Below, one piece after another: positions 1 to 9,206 of a stretch of 64,000 nucleotides of DNA (positions within the stretch are counted from its first letter, which is position 1; the number at the start of each line of letters is the position of its first letter). The DNA comes from an uncultured Bacilli bacterium (GTDB lineage Bacteria; Bacillota_I; Bacilli_A; RF39; UBA660). Location: the NCBI GenBank assembly GCA_947626115.1, contig CANQQX010000001.1:10000-73999 (forward strand), in the 5' to 3' direction. Made by a program: the position numbers and the translations under genes. The notes under the pieces were generated by a model. It worked only from the letters and a program-made list of their open reading frames with translations. It ran no database searches and was not told the DNA's origin.

Positions 1-1
1 A

Positions 2-154
2 GATATAGAAAATTTAGAAAAAATGAATAAGTATGTAATTGCGGATAAATTATTTATCGTAGAAGATAATGTTTATAGACATGATGCTCTAAAAACTGGT
101 TACTTAGTATTTTCTTATTTAATGGATGGCGTTAAAAATGACCTTCACAACTAG
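2..154 (+). CDS. 3' end of an upstream gene (partial, product not identified)
   Basis: An open frame enters the window in frame 2 (...FSYLMDGVKNDLHN*) and stops at TAG 152-154. It overlaps the annotated whiA start region. Confidence 0.3.
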   Translation, partial: DIENLEKMNKYVIADKLFIVEDNVYRHDALKTGYLVFSYLMDGVKNDLHN

Positions 155-1043
155 ATTAAAAGAAGAAATTAGTAAACTTGATAATAATGAAATAGAAGCA
201 AGATGTATTCTAGATGCTTTTTTACGCTATAATTCTTCCATAAAGGATAATATTACTATTACTTTAGAAAATGCTTCTGTTACTAGATTTATTTATAAAA
301 TTATCAAAGAATTTCTAGGAGTATCACCTAAAATAATAGTCAGAGTCCAAAAAAGATTTAGAGTTAAACAAATATATATTTTAGAAATAAACGAAAAAGT
401 GGATTTTATTAAAAGTGCAATTGATTTAAAAAGTTTACCTAATTTAGATAGTGATGAAGAAAAAATTGCCTTTTTAAAAGGTGCTTTTCTTGGTATAGGT
501 AATGTTTCTAATCCTAAAACTAGTGGTTATCATTTAGAATTTATTTTAGATAATAAAAAAGATGCTGATTACATCGAAAAAATACTTAATTATTTTAAAT
601 TAAATGCTAAAGTTATTAAAAGAAATTATAAATATATTACTTATATTAAAATGAGTGAATCTATAAGTGATTTAATTAAGATGTTTAAAGCCATTAATTC
701 TCTATTTGAATTTGAAGATACTCGTATTTATCGTGATCATAAAAATATGGTTAATCGTCTTAATAATTGTGAACTTGCTAATCAAGAAAAATCGATTAAA
801 AGTGGTCTAAATCAACTGGAAGATATCAAATATTTAGAAGATAACGATTTAATAAGTTTGCTTGATGAACATGTTGCTTTAGTTATCTCTTACCGGAAGA
901 AATATCCTGATGTATCTTTGTCAGAACTTGCTAATATTATAAGTATGGAAACTGATTATCAAGTAGGTAAATCTGGTATTAATCATCACTTTAGAAAGAT
1001 CAAAGCTATTAAAGAAAATCATATTAAAAATAAGGAGAAATAA
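126..1043 (+). CDS. whiA: Probable DNA-binding cell-cycle/sporulation regulator WhiA
   Basis: 305 aa, the right size for WhiA. It has degenerate LAGLIDADG-like motifs (FLKGAFLGIGNVSNP) and a C-terminal HTH-like region. The start may instead be the in-frame ATG at 138 (MTFTTRL...). Confidence 0.6.
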   Translation: MALKMTFTTRLKEEISKLDNNEIEARCILDAFLRYNSSIKDNITITLENASVTRFIYKIIKEFLGVSPKIIVRVQKRFRVKQIYILEINEKVDFIKSAIDLKSLPNLDSDEEKIAFLKGAFLGIGNVSNPKTSGYHLEFILDNKKDADYIEKILNYFKLNAKVIKRNYKYITYIKMSESISDLIKMFKAINSLFEFEDTRIYRDHKNMVNRLNNCELANQEKSIKSGLNQLEDIKYLEDNDLISLLDEHVALVISYRKKYPDVSLSELANIISMETDYQVGKSGINHHFRKIKAIKENHIKNKEK

Positions 1044-1492
1044 TGAAAGAAACAAGTGTTACCATTATTAGTACTAATATAAATAAGCATATCTTAGATA
1101 ATTACAAAGATTATCATGTCGTAGAACAAAAATTTAAAATAGATGAATTACTTAACTATAAGAAAGTAATATTTTTTAATGTGCTTCATTATTATGATGA
1201 TGAAAAAATAAAAGAGATATTTAAAACTTTAGAAGATAATAACATTAAATATATAAATTTTACTAATAATATAGAAGAAGCATTATATACATCTTATTTA
1301 ATTATTTATGATGATAAAAAAATATTAGCAGAAGGCGTAACTGATGAAGTTTTAAAATGTGAAAAATTAATTAAAAAAGTTGGTTTGAATTTGCCTTTTA
1401 TTACTGAGTTATCTCTTCTTTTAAAAGATTATGACTTAGTAGATAAAATATATAAAGATAATGCATCTTTAAAAGGTGCCCTATGGAAATAA
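1043..1492 (+). CDS. Hypothetical protein
   Basis: 149-aa ORF whose ATG overlaps the whiA stop (TAATG), consistent with operon membership. No recognisable motif. Confidence 0.5.
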   Translation: MKETSVTIISTNINKHILDNYKDYHVVEQKFKIDELLNYKKVIFFNVLHYYDDEKIKEIFKTLEDNNIKYINFTNNIEEALYTSYLIIYDDKKILAEGVTDEVLKCEKLIKKVGLNLPFITELSLLLKDYDLVDKIYKDNASLKGALWK

Positions 1493-2046
1493 GAAAGTTA
1501 TTAAATGAATCAGGTATTCTTGGAGTTATTTCAACTTATCAAAGTAAATTAACTAAATTTAAGACACTTTTAGATTTAAATATTCCCAATGTTGAAAAAG
1601 CTTTAAAAATAGTTAGATTAGATGAGAGTATTTTAAATAAAAAATATGAAGATTTAACTATAAGTGAGTTATGGAAGATAGAACTTATAACTAAACTAAG
1701 AGAAAAAGTAATTATTGTTGGTAATTTATCTTTAGCTTTAAATAACCAAGATATTGAATATATGCAAAAATTGTTTAAGAAATTAAATCGGGATTTTCAT
1801 AAACAAATTATTATCATTGATAATGATGTTAAGGTATTCTTTAATTTAGTTAAAACTATCATAGTTATTAGAAATCATGAAATAGTTTATAAAACAAATG
1901 ATTTTTATGATGATGATCTATATAAATATACTAAAATGCCTAAAATAATTGAATTTGTTAAGTTTGTTAATCAAGATAAGAAAAGAATTAATAAGACTAC
2001 TGATATTCATGAACTTATTAAAGATATTTATCGGAGTGTATCATGA
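1483..2046 (+). CDS. Hypothetical protein
   Basis: 187-aa ORF overlapping its neighbours by a few nt in the same operon. No recognisable motif. Confidence 0.5.
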   Translation: MEIRKLLNESGILGVISTYQSKLTKFKTLLDLNIPNVEKALKIVRLDESILNKKYEDLTISELWKIELITKLREKVIIVGNLSLALNNQDIEYMQKLFKKLNRDFHKQIIIIDNDVKVFFNLVKTIIVIRNHEIVYKTNDFYDDDLYKYTKMPKIIEFVKFVNQDKKRINKTTDIHELIKDIYRSVS

Positions 2047-2750
2047 AAGTAATGTTATTATTAAGTTATGATGGCTCTAAATTTTATGGTTTTCAAAGAC
2101 AAAAAAATGTGAGAAATGTGCAAGGATATTTAGAAAATACTTTAAGTAATATTTTAAATGAAGATATTTTAGTTAAAGGAGCAGGCAGAACAGATGCTGG
2201 TGTTCACTCTTTATATCAAGTAGTTCATTTTGAAACTAATAAAGATATAACTAATTTAAAACACAAATTAAATAATGTTTTAGAAGATATTAAAATAAAA
2301 AAAGTAAAAGTAGTAGATGATGATTTTCATGCAAGACATAGTGCATTATCTAAAACATATCTTTATAAAATAGATTTAAGTGGCCAAAAAGATAGTAATT
2401 ATTATAACGTTATTAAATATAAATTAGATATCAAAAAGATGAAGGAAGCATCTAAGTTGTTTTTAGGTATTCACGATTTTCATAATTTTGTTTCTGGGTT
2501 TAGAGAAGATTATCATAGTACAATTTATAAAATAAATATTTATAAATTTAATAATACTTTATATTTAAAATTTACGGGTAAGGCTTTTTATCGTTATATG
2601 GTAAGAAATTTAGTTGGGACTTTAATTGAAATAGGTAAAGGTAAAATAGATGAAAGTGTTATAAAAGATATGCTAGATTATCCAGAGTTAGAAAAAAGAT
2701 TACCAACTGCTAGTCCCAATGGCTTATATTTATTAAAGATAAAATATTGA
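2043..2750 (+). CDS. truA: tRNA pseudouridine(38-40) synthase TruA
   Basis: Carries the GAGRTDAGVHS catalytic-Asp motif typical of TruA, and 235 aa is the expected size. Confidence 0.85.
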   Translation: MKVMLLLSYDGSKFYGFQRQKNVRNVQGYLENTLSNILNEDILVKGAGRTDAGVHSLYQVVHFETNKDITNLKHKLNNVLEDIKIKKVKVVDDDFHARHSALSKTYLYKIDLSGQKDSNYYNVIKYKLDIKKMKEASKLFLGIHDFHNFVSGFREDYHSTIYKINIYKFNNTLYLKFTGKAFYRYMVRNLVGTLIEIGKGKIDESVIKDMLDYPELEKRLPTASPNGLYLLKIKY

Positions 2751-2839
2751 CTAATTTAAAGTGAAGATACCGACTTTTTTAAAGTGTATACCCCGACTAA
2801 TTTAAAGTGAACATATTGACTTTTTTAAAGTGGCTATTA
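2748..2839. repeat. Array of four 23-bp direct repeats with core gacTWWTTTAAAGTG
   Basis: AAAGTG recurs at 2758, 2781, 2804 and 2827, an exact 23-bp period. The units alternate between gactaatttaaagtgaa and gacttttttaaagtg, between the truA stop and the rplM promoter. Confidence 0.6.
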
Positions 2840-2910
2840 TAAAAACATTTTTATTCAAAGGAATAATTTATTCTATTTGACAAAATATCATACAAAAAGT
2901 GCGATTTTAT

Positions 2911-2939
2911 TTGACAAATTAGCACTTTTTTCATATAAT
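2911..2939 (+). promoter_or_regulatory. Sigma-A type promoter for rplM-rpsI
   Basis: TTGACA (2911-2916), a 17-nt spacer, then TATAAT (2934-2939), about 80 nt upstream of rplM. Confidence 0.6.
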
Positions 2940-3018
2940 TTAACATGGTACATTTTATTTATGGAGTTTATTAAGCCGTGGGAAAGTTTAATAGATAACA
3001 TAATGAAAGGAATTTATT

Positions 3019-3450
3019 ATGAAAACATTTATGCAAACAAAAGAAACAGTTGAAAGAGATTGGTATGTAATTGATGCAGCTGGTAAAACTTTAGGTCGTG
3101 TTGCTACTAAAGCTGCTCATATACTTCGTGGTAAACATAAACCAACTTACACTCCACATGTTGATTGTGGTGACAACGTTATCGTTATTAATGCTAGTAA
3201 AGTAGTATTAACTGGTAATAAGTTAGAAGACAAAAAATATTATAATCATTCAGGATATCCAGGAGGCCTTAGAAAAAGAACTGCCAAAGTTATGCTTGAA
3301 AGTTATCCAGAAGAAATGCTTGAAAGAGCAATCAAAGGAATGCTTCCACATAATAGATTAGGTAGAGCAATGGGTAAAAAGTTATTTGTTTATGCTGGTA
3401 GTGAACATAAACATGAAGCTCAAAAACCAAAGGCACTAGAAATTGATTAG
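3019..3450 (+). CDS. rplM: 50S ribosomal protein L13
   Basis: The N-terminal sequence [16 protein letters not shown]...[20 protein letters not shown] is a hallmark of L13. 143 aa. Confidence 0.95.
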   Translation: MKTFMQTKETVERDWYVIDAAGKTLGRVATKAAHILRGKHKPTYTPHVDCGDNVIVINASKVVLTGNKLEDKKYYNHSGYPGGLRKRTAKVMLESYPEEMLERAIKGMLPHNRLGRAMGKKLFVYAGSEHKHEAQKPKALEID

Positions 3451-3458
3451 GAGGATTT

Positions 3459-3878
3459 ATGGCAAATAAACAAGTATGGACTGCAACTGGTAGAAGAAAA
3501 AGATCAGTAGCACAAGTTAAATTAGTTGGTGGAACTGGTAAAATTACTGTTAATGGTAAAGATGTTGAAGAATATATGCCATTTGCTACATTAGTAATGG
3601 ATTTAAAACAACCATTAGTAGCTACTAATAATGAAAATAGATTCGACATTGATATTACTGTTAATGGTGGTGGTTTCTCAGGTCAAACTGGTGCTATTAG
3701 ACTTGCTATTACTAGAGCATTATTAAAATTTGATGAAAATACAGATCAAACAAGAGAAGATAGTTATAGACATATTTTAAAAGCTCAAGGTTTTGTTACT
3801 AGAGATCCTAGAGTTAAAGAACGTAAGAAATATGGTTTAAAGAAAGCTCGTCGAGCTCCACAATTCAGCAAGCGCTAA
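3459..3878 (+). CDS. rpsI: 30S ribosomal protein S9
   Basis: Starts [12 protein letters not shown] and ends RRAPQFSKR, the characteristic S9 C-terminus. 139 aa, immediately after rplM. Confidence 0.95.
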   Translation: MANKQVWTATGRRKRSVAQVKLVGGTGKITVNGKDVEEYMPFATLVMDLKQPLVATNNENRFDIDITVNGGGFSGQTGAIRLAITRALLKFDENTDQTREDSYRHILKAQGFVTRDPRVKERKKYGLKKARRAPQFSKR

Positions 3879-3896
3879 CCGCTTTCAATGTGTTTC

Positions 3897-3920
3897 AAAA
3901 AGTCCTTAGGGACTTTTTTC
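3897..3920 (+). terminator. Rho-independent terminator after rpsI
   Basis: Hairpin AAGTCC-ttag-GGACTT followed by T6. Confidence 0.7.
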
Positions 3921-4012
3921 TTTGATAAAAAAAATATTTTTATTTTGTATGGTATAATAAAAAAGAAAAGTATTATTAAATAATTTAGTTTAAAAAATGA
4001 GGAGTTAAGAAT

Positions 4013-4591
4013 ATGAAATTTGAAAAAGAAATAACTGTTGAGATTAATACTAGTCTTAAAAATCTTGAAAGCATTTTGAAAGAAAACAATTTTAAAATAA
4101 AAGAAATATATGATATAAACGATATCTATTTATTAAATAAAAATATTGAAAAAAGTAATAATACTTTGGAATTATTAAAAAATTGTGTTTTGATTAGACA
4201 TATTATTGAAAAGAATAAAGAATATAAAATGATTACTTATAAATATAAAGATTATAATGATAAAAATGAAATAATTAAGCAAGGCAAAATAAATTGTTAT
4301 ATAGATTCAATAGATGAAGCTGAGCAATTATTTAAATATTTAAACTATGAAAAATTGTTAGAAATATATGACCATTCTTTCGTATATGCTAATGATGAAG
4401 ATGAATTTGTTGTTCAAAGTGTTAATAATAAACATATTTATATAGAAGTAGAAGATAAATGTCATTATATAGATAAAGAGTACAAAAATATTGAAGAGAT
4501 GAAAAAAGTAATTAACAAATATAATATTTCAATTAAAAGTAATGATTATTTTGTAAAAAAAGCAGAAGTTGAAATGTTAGAAAAAAAATAA
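4013..4591 (+). CDS. CYTH-domain protein (class IV adenylate cyclase / triphosphatase fold), tentative
   Basis: 192 aa, opening with an EIE/EIT-type strand (MKFEKEITVEIN) and carrying acidic YIEVED-type motifs arranged like CyaB/CYTH proteins. Weak motif-level call only. Confidence 0.35.
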   Translation: MKFEKEITVEINTSLKNLESILKENNFKIKEIYDINDIYLLNKNIEKSNNTLELLKNCVLIRHIIEKNKEYKMITYKYKDYNDKNEIIKQGKINCYIDSIDEAEQLFKYLNYEKLLEIYDHSFVYANDEDEFVVQSVNNKHIYIEVEDKCHYIDKEYKNIEEMKKVINKYNISIKSNDYFVKKAEVEMLEKK

Positions 4592-4609
4592 ATTTAAAGA
4601 GGTACAATA

Positions 4610-5149
4610 ATGAATAAGATATATATTGTTAGACATGGTCAAACTGATTGGAATGTTAAAGGATTATTACAAGGAACTACAGATATTAAGTTAAATGAAG
4701 AGGGCATTAATCAAGCAAAAGAATTAGCTAATAATTTAGATTTAAGTAAAATTGACATTTGTTTTTGTTCTCCTTTAAAAAGAACTAAACAAACTGCTGA
4801 AATATTAGTGGGTGATAAACTAAAAATAATTTATGATTCAATGATAGTAGAAAGAAATTTTGGCAATTATGAGGGAAAACCAATTGACTTTAATTTAATT
4901 GAACAACAATGGGATTATAAATTAAATGATAGTTCACATAATATAGAAAGTTTAAAAGATTGTTTATTTAGAGCTAAACAATTTTTGGATAAAATAAAAA
5001 AAGAATATCCTAATAAAACAATTTTAATAATTTCCCATGGTAGTTTTATAAAAGCTTTACATTTTAATTTAATAGGATATGATGAAAATACGGATTTTTT
5101 ATCATTTAATCCTAAAAATTCTATAGTTTATGAATATGAAATGGATTAA
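4610..5149 (+). CDS. Histidine phosphatase family protein (phosphoglycerate mutase-like)
   Basis: N-terminal RHGQTDWN catalytic motif with a conserved His near the C-terminus (ISHGSF). Confidence 0.8.
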   Translation: MNKIYIVRHGQTDWNVKGLLQGTTDIKLNEEGINQAKELANNLDLSKIDICFCSPLKRTKQTAEILVGDKLKIIYDSMIVERNFGNYEGKPIDFNLIEQQWDYKLNDSSHNIESLKDCLFRAKQFLDKIKKEYPNKTILIISHGSFIKALHFNLIGYDENTDFLSFNPKNSIVYEYEMD

Positions 5150-5204
5150 ATATAAATTAATTGATGATTGATTATTAACAAAAATGTTAGTATAATTATT
5201 TTAA

Positions 5205-5326
5205 CATCTTATAAAGAGCGATGGAGGGACTAGCCCTAGGAAGTCGCACCAACCTATTTAGTTAGGTGGTAATGCTAGATCTATAAGATAACTTTATACT
5301 CAAGGTTATCTTGGGTGTTTTTTTAT
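5205..5326 (+). promoter_or_regulatory. SAM-I (S-box) riboswitch with an intrinsic terminator in the expression platform
   Basis: tcttataaagagcgatggagggactagccctaggaagtcgcaccaacc...ggtggtaatgctagatctataagat matches the S-box consensus (CTTATCAAGAG..GGAGGGAC.GGCCC..GAA..C.GCAACC...GGTGCTAA...AGATAAG). It is followed by the hairpin aagataac/ggttatctt plus T7, which overlaps the 3' strand of P1. Confidence 0.85.
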
Positions 5327-5402
5327 GAGATGCTAAAGAAAGGAGTATCTATGAAAAAATTATTTTAGGTGGGTTTACTTTTAATTAGGAAGGAGTTTTA
5401 TT

Positions 5403-6185
5403 ATGATAGAAAAAGTAAATCCAAGTCATCCTGATAAGATAGCTGATAGAATAGCTGGGGCAATAGTTGATTTAGCTTATACTAAATGTGAAAATCCAAA
5501 AGTAGCAGTAGAGATTTTAATTGGGCATGGTGTATGCCATATAATAATGGAAACATCAGAAAAATTTACAAAAGATGAAGTAGAAAAAATATTAAAGAGA
5601 ATTGCGGGTGATATCAAATTAGATTTAAAAGTTTATAAACAAGATGCACATCTAGCCTTAAATCAAGAAAATGATATTAGATGTGGTGATAATGGTATTT
5701 TTAAAGGTGTACCTTTAACTAAAGAAGAAAAGGAGTTATCAAAAATAGCAAGAGAGATATATCAAGAATATCCTTATGATGGTAAATATATTTTAGATCA
5801 AGACAAATTAGTCATATGTCAAAGTAATGCTTTAAAAGAAGATTTAATTAAAAAATATCCTGAAGCTATTATTAATCCATTAGGTAATTGGACAGGTGGC
5901 ATAAATGTTGATAGTGGTGCTACCAATAGAAAATTAGGTTCTGATATGGGACATAGTGTTACTGGTGGAGGACTACACGGTAAAGATTTATCGAAAGCTG
6001 ATGTTTCTCTAAATATTTATGCTTTTAAAAAAGCTCAAAAATTACAAAAAGAAGTAAATATTAGTTGTGCTATTGGTGATACTTTTGTAGATGGTAAGTC
6101 ATATAAGGAAATAGTTGAAGAAACTAGACAATATATTAAAGAAGTTGGTGGCTTTGAAAAATTTGCTGAATGGGGATTATTTTAA
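5403..6185 (+). CDS. metK: Compact S-adenosylmethionine synthetase (MetK)-like protein
   Basis: N-terminal SHPDKIADRIAGAIVD matches the MetK GHPDKIADQISDAVLD motif. CGDNGIF aligns to GAGDQG, and INPLGNW...GGGLHGKDLSKADVS aligns to INPTGRF...GGGAFSGKDPTKVDRS, all in colinear order. The protein is only 260 aa against about 385 aa for MetK. The RBS is aggaaggag. Confidence 0.5.
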   Translation: MIEKVNPSHPDKIADRIAGAIVDLAYTKCENPKVAVEILIGHGVCHIIMETSEKFTKDEVEKILKRIAGDIKLDLKVYKQDAHLALNQENDIRCGDNGIFKGVPLTKEEKELSKIAREIYQEYPYDGKYILDQDKLVICQSNALKEDLIKKYPEAIINPLGNWTGGINVDSGATNRKLGSDMGHSVTGGGLHGKDLSKADVSLNIYAFKKAQKLQKEVNISCAIGDTFVDGKSYKEIVEETRQYIKEVGGFEKFAEWGLF

Positions 6186-6249
6186 TAAACTTATGTTATA
6201 ATTAAATTGTTAAAAACTTCTTGACTCTTCCCTTAAGGGTAGATGTATA

Positions 6250-7290
6250 GTGATATTGAAGGGAGAAATTATGATAAAAATTGGTGATTTTGCAAAAATG
6301 TTTAATATTTCAATTAAAACTGTAAGATATTATGAAAGTTTAGGTTTAATTGTACCTAAATATGTTGATATTTATACAGGATACCGGTATTTTGATGATG
6401 AAAATGTTAAAAGAATGCAAGAAATTTTAGCGCTAAAAAAATTAGGTTTTACTCTAGATGAAATTAAAAATTTTTCTTCTATAGAAATAGCTAAAAAAAT
6501 TAAACAGTTTGAAAAAGAAATAGCAAACATTAAAGAAAAAATAACTAATTTAGAAGAATTCTCTCTTCAAGGAAAGAAGGTTTTAAATATGTTAAATTTT
6601 ATTAATGATGAAAATGCTATAGGTAAATGGAAGTTACTTGGTATCTCTTTAAATACGGAAGATGCTAAAAATAATAAATATATAGAAGATGATTATAACA
6701 TCAAAGAATTATATTTACTTCCTAATGGGGAAAAGTATTGGGTTATATCTTGGTCTAAAGGAATAATCTATATAAATGATAATCCTAATTCATATGAAAT
6801 AGAAGATAATAAATTATATTTGAAAGTTGTAGATCCACTTAGTAACAAAGATTCAAAAGTAGTAGTTTATCAAAATATTAATCATAATAGTTATTCTGTA
6901 GAAGATATAAAACATAAAGATAATACAAATATTGAATTTAGGGAAGATAAAGAAGTAGTAGGTATATGGCAAGCTATAGATTTTGTCAATAACCCAAATA
7001 GTTTTAATCCTGATAAATTACAATCAACAAAAGAAAGTCTTGCTTTAGATAAATTAATTTTTGAACCAAAAGAAGAAGTACATATAAGATATCAAGATAA
7101 TGATTATATGCGTGATAGCAAATATACTAAAAATTATATCGTTAATTTAATGTTACCTGATACATTAGCAAAATATGAAATACAAACTATTAATAATAAA
7201 AAATATTTAATAGTAGAATGGAAAAGTGGCGATTATGTTTTTGGTGGTATTATTAATGGCTATTATGTTTTAGAAAAAATGAAAGATTAA
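6250..7290 (+). CDS. MerR family transcriptional regulator with a large C-terminal domain of unknown function
   Basis: MerR HTH (IKIGDFAKMFNISIKTVRYYESLGLI) plus a coiled-coil. The true start is probably the internal Met (MIKIGDF, about 6271). Confidence 0.75.
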   Translation: MILKGEIMIKIGDFAKMFNISIKTVRYYESLGLIVPKYVDIYTGYRYFDDENVKRMQEILALKKLGFTLDEIKNFSSIEIAKKIKQFEKEIANIKEKITNLEEFSLQGKKVLNMLNFINDENAIGKWKLLGISLNTEDAKNNKYIEDDYNIKELYLLPNGEKYWVISWSKGIIYINDNPNSYEIEDNKLYLKVVDPLSNKDSKVVVYQNINHNSYSVEDIKHKDNTNIEFREDKEVVGIWQAIDFVNNPNSFNPDKLQSTKESLALDKLIFEPKEEVHIRYQDNDYMRDSKYTKNYIVNLMLPDTLAKYEIQTINNKKYLIVEWKSGDYVFGGIINGYYVLEKMKD

Positions 7291-7347
7291 AGTTTTGGAC
7301 TTTAGTCTTTTTATAATATATAATTAATTAAGAAAAGGAATGATATT

Positions 7348-7833
7348 ATGCCAAGAATTTATCATACATTTCCGTCATTTTATCAAAGTGATAGCGAAAT
7401 ACTTATTTTGGGTACTATGCCATCACCTAAATCAAGAGAGTTAGGATTCTATTATATGCATCCCCAAAATAGATTTTGGCATGTGTTAGAAAGTGTATTT
7501 CAAGATAAAATAGAAAATTCAATTGAAGATAAAAAAGAATTTTTAATTAGACATAAAATTGCTCTATGGGATACTTGTGCATCATGTGAAATAGATAAAG
7601 CAAGTGATAGTACAATAAAAAATATTAAACCTAATAATATAAGTTTAATATTAAAAAATTCTAATATAAAATATATATTTACAACAGGTAAAAAAGCTCA
7701 TGAATTATATCAAAAATATATTTATAATAAAACTAAAATAGAAGATATTTGTCTATATTCTCCAAGTCCTGCTAATTGTACAATTACATTTGATGAGTTA
7801 GTTGAAAATTACAAAATAATTAATAAAAAATAG
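7348..7833 (+). CDS. Uracil-DNA glycosylase superfamily protein (Mug/TDG / DNA-deoxyinosine glycosylase-like)
   Basis: ILILGTMPSPKSRELGFYYMHPQNRFWHVL aligns to E. coli Mug [30 protein letters not shown]. 161 aa. Confidence 0.65.
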   Translation: MPRIYHTFPSFYQSDSEILILGTMPSPKSRELGFYYMHPQNRFWHVLESVFQDKIENSIEDKKEFLIRHKIALWDTCASCEIDKASDSTIKNIKPNNISLILKNSNIKYIFTTGKKAHELYQKYIYNKTKIEDICLYSPSPANCTITFDELVENYKIINKK

Positions 7834-7914
7834 TACTGTCTAAAGATTGTAAAATGTTTATATTTTGCTATTCATAAACATTAATACTTGTTAAAATTAA
7901 ATAAAGGAGTGTTT

Positions 7915-8505
7915 ATGAAAGAAACTATTAAAGAAAGCTATTTTGATTTGGAAGCTAGGATTAGAGCATTAGGGCCAATAAAAGAAATAGTTAATAATCC
8001 TGATGCTATAAGAAGTATTATTGCCTATGATGGTGATCGTCACTTTTTACAAGCTTTTCTAGAAGCTGTTAATAATGCTATTGATGCAGGGCAAATAAGA
8101 GAAGAAGATTTACGCTTTTTTAGAAGTGGTGAATTTATGGATGCAATTGTTCATTTAGATGAAACTATTGAAACAGTAAATCCACATGAAATGCAAACAG
8201 CTGAAAGATTAGATAAAATTAACTATGTATCTGTATTTAAAGATGCTAAGACTTTATCTGTAAGTTATACTCATCCGGAAATTATTGCTGCTTTATGTGG
8301 TGAATCAAAAGATAGTAAACCAAGTGATTTAACATGGTGGGCAACTTGTGGTACTTTTGGTAATTTACCTAATGAAACCCAACAAACAATAGAAATGGAA
8401 ATTTTTAAAAGAGATAATATGGAAGTACTTGCTAAACTTATGAATGTAGGTAAAGGTAATAATAAATCTTATAGCGAAGTTAGAGAAGAATCTTATCATA
8501 GATAA
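7915..8505 (+). CDS. Hypothetical protein
   Basis: ORF with RBS aaaggag followed by the ATG at 7915. No recognisable motif. Confidence 0.5.
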   Translation: MKETIKESYFDLEARIRALGPIKEIVNNPDAIRSIIAYDGDRHFLQAFLEAVNNAIDAGQIREEDLRFFRSGEFMDAIVHLDETIETVNPHEMQTAERLDKINYVSVFKDAKTLSVSYTHPEIIAALCGESKDSKPSDLTWWATCGTFGNLPNETQQTIEMEIFKRDNMEVLAKLMNVGKGNNKSYSEVREESYHR

Positions 8506-8561
8506 TGAATTTTAGGAGTATTTTAAATAATACTTCTTTTTATTTTACATAAATTTATATT

Positions 8562-9206
8562 ATGAAGAAATATTTATCTGTATTATTTACTTTTTTTCTC
8601 AGTGTTTTAATTTTATATGCTCTAAAAGTGGAAGCAATTATGCCTTTAACTGGTAAAACTATTGTAATTGATCCAGGTCATGGATTTAAAGATCCTGGCA
8701 CTAGTTATGGTAAGATTTATGAAAAAGATATTAATTTAAATATAGCATTATTTCTAGAAAAAGAATTAGGAGCACTTGGAGCAGATGTTATTTTAACTAG
8801 AGATGGAGATTATGATTTATCTATTCCTAATGCAAATATGCGTAAAAGAAGTGATTTTAATAATCGTATCAAATTAATTAATGAAAGTAATGCTGATATG
8901 TATTTAAGTATTCATCTAAATTACTTGAGTGATGCTTCCTATTATGGACCTCAAGTATTCTATAATAAAGATAATGAAGGACTTGCTGAAGTTATGCAAA
9001 AAGTAATGAATGAAGAATTAAAAGGAAAAAGGGAAATAAAAAAAATACCAAGTGATACATATATGTATAGTAAACTAAATGTACCAGGTATTTTAATTGA
9101 ATGTGGATTTTTATCTAATGGTGTAGAAAGAAATAAATTAATAACTGAAAAATATCAAAAAAAGATAGCTGAGTCTATTGCTAAAGGAGTTCTTGAATAT
9201 TTTTAA
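8562..9206 (+). CDS. N-acetylmuramoyl-L-alanine amidase (Amidase_3, CwlD-like), secreted
   Basis: Signal peptide followed by the IVIDPGHGFKDPG zinc-binding motif of Amidase_3. Confidence 0.8.
   Translation: MKKYLSVLFTFFLSVLILYALKVEAIMPLTGKTIVIDPGHGFKDPGTSYGKIYEKDINLNIALFLEKELGALGADVILTRDGDYDLSIPNANMRKRSDFNNRIKLINESNADMYLSIHLNYLSDASYYGPQVFYNKDNEGLAEVMQKVMNEELKGKREIKKIPSDTYMYSKLNVPGILIECGFLSNGVERNKLITEKYQKKIAESIAKGVLEYF

Noticed and set aside
3332-3649. 105-aa minus-strand ORF antisense to rplM/rpsI
   Set aside because: It overlaps two highly conserved ribosomal protein genes. Its translation is low-complexity with no RBS, typical of spurious antisense frames in AT-rich DNA.
5403-6185. Compact metK as a frameshifted pseudogene
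   Set aside because: The conserved MetK motifs appear colinearly in a single frame from a good RBS to a stop. No flanking ORF fragments carry the missing MetK segments. A sequencing-error frameshift cannot be excluded without reads.
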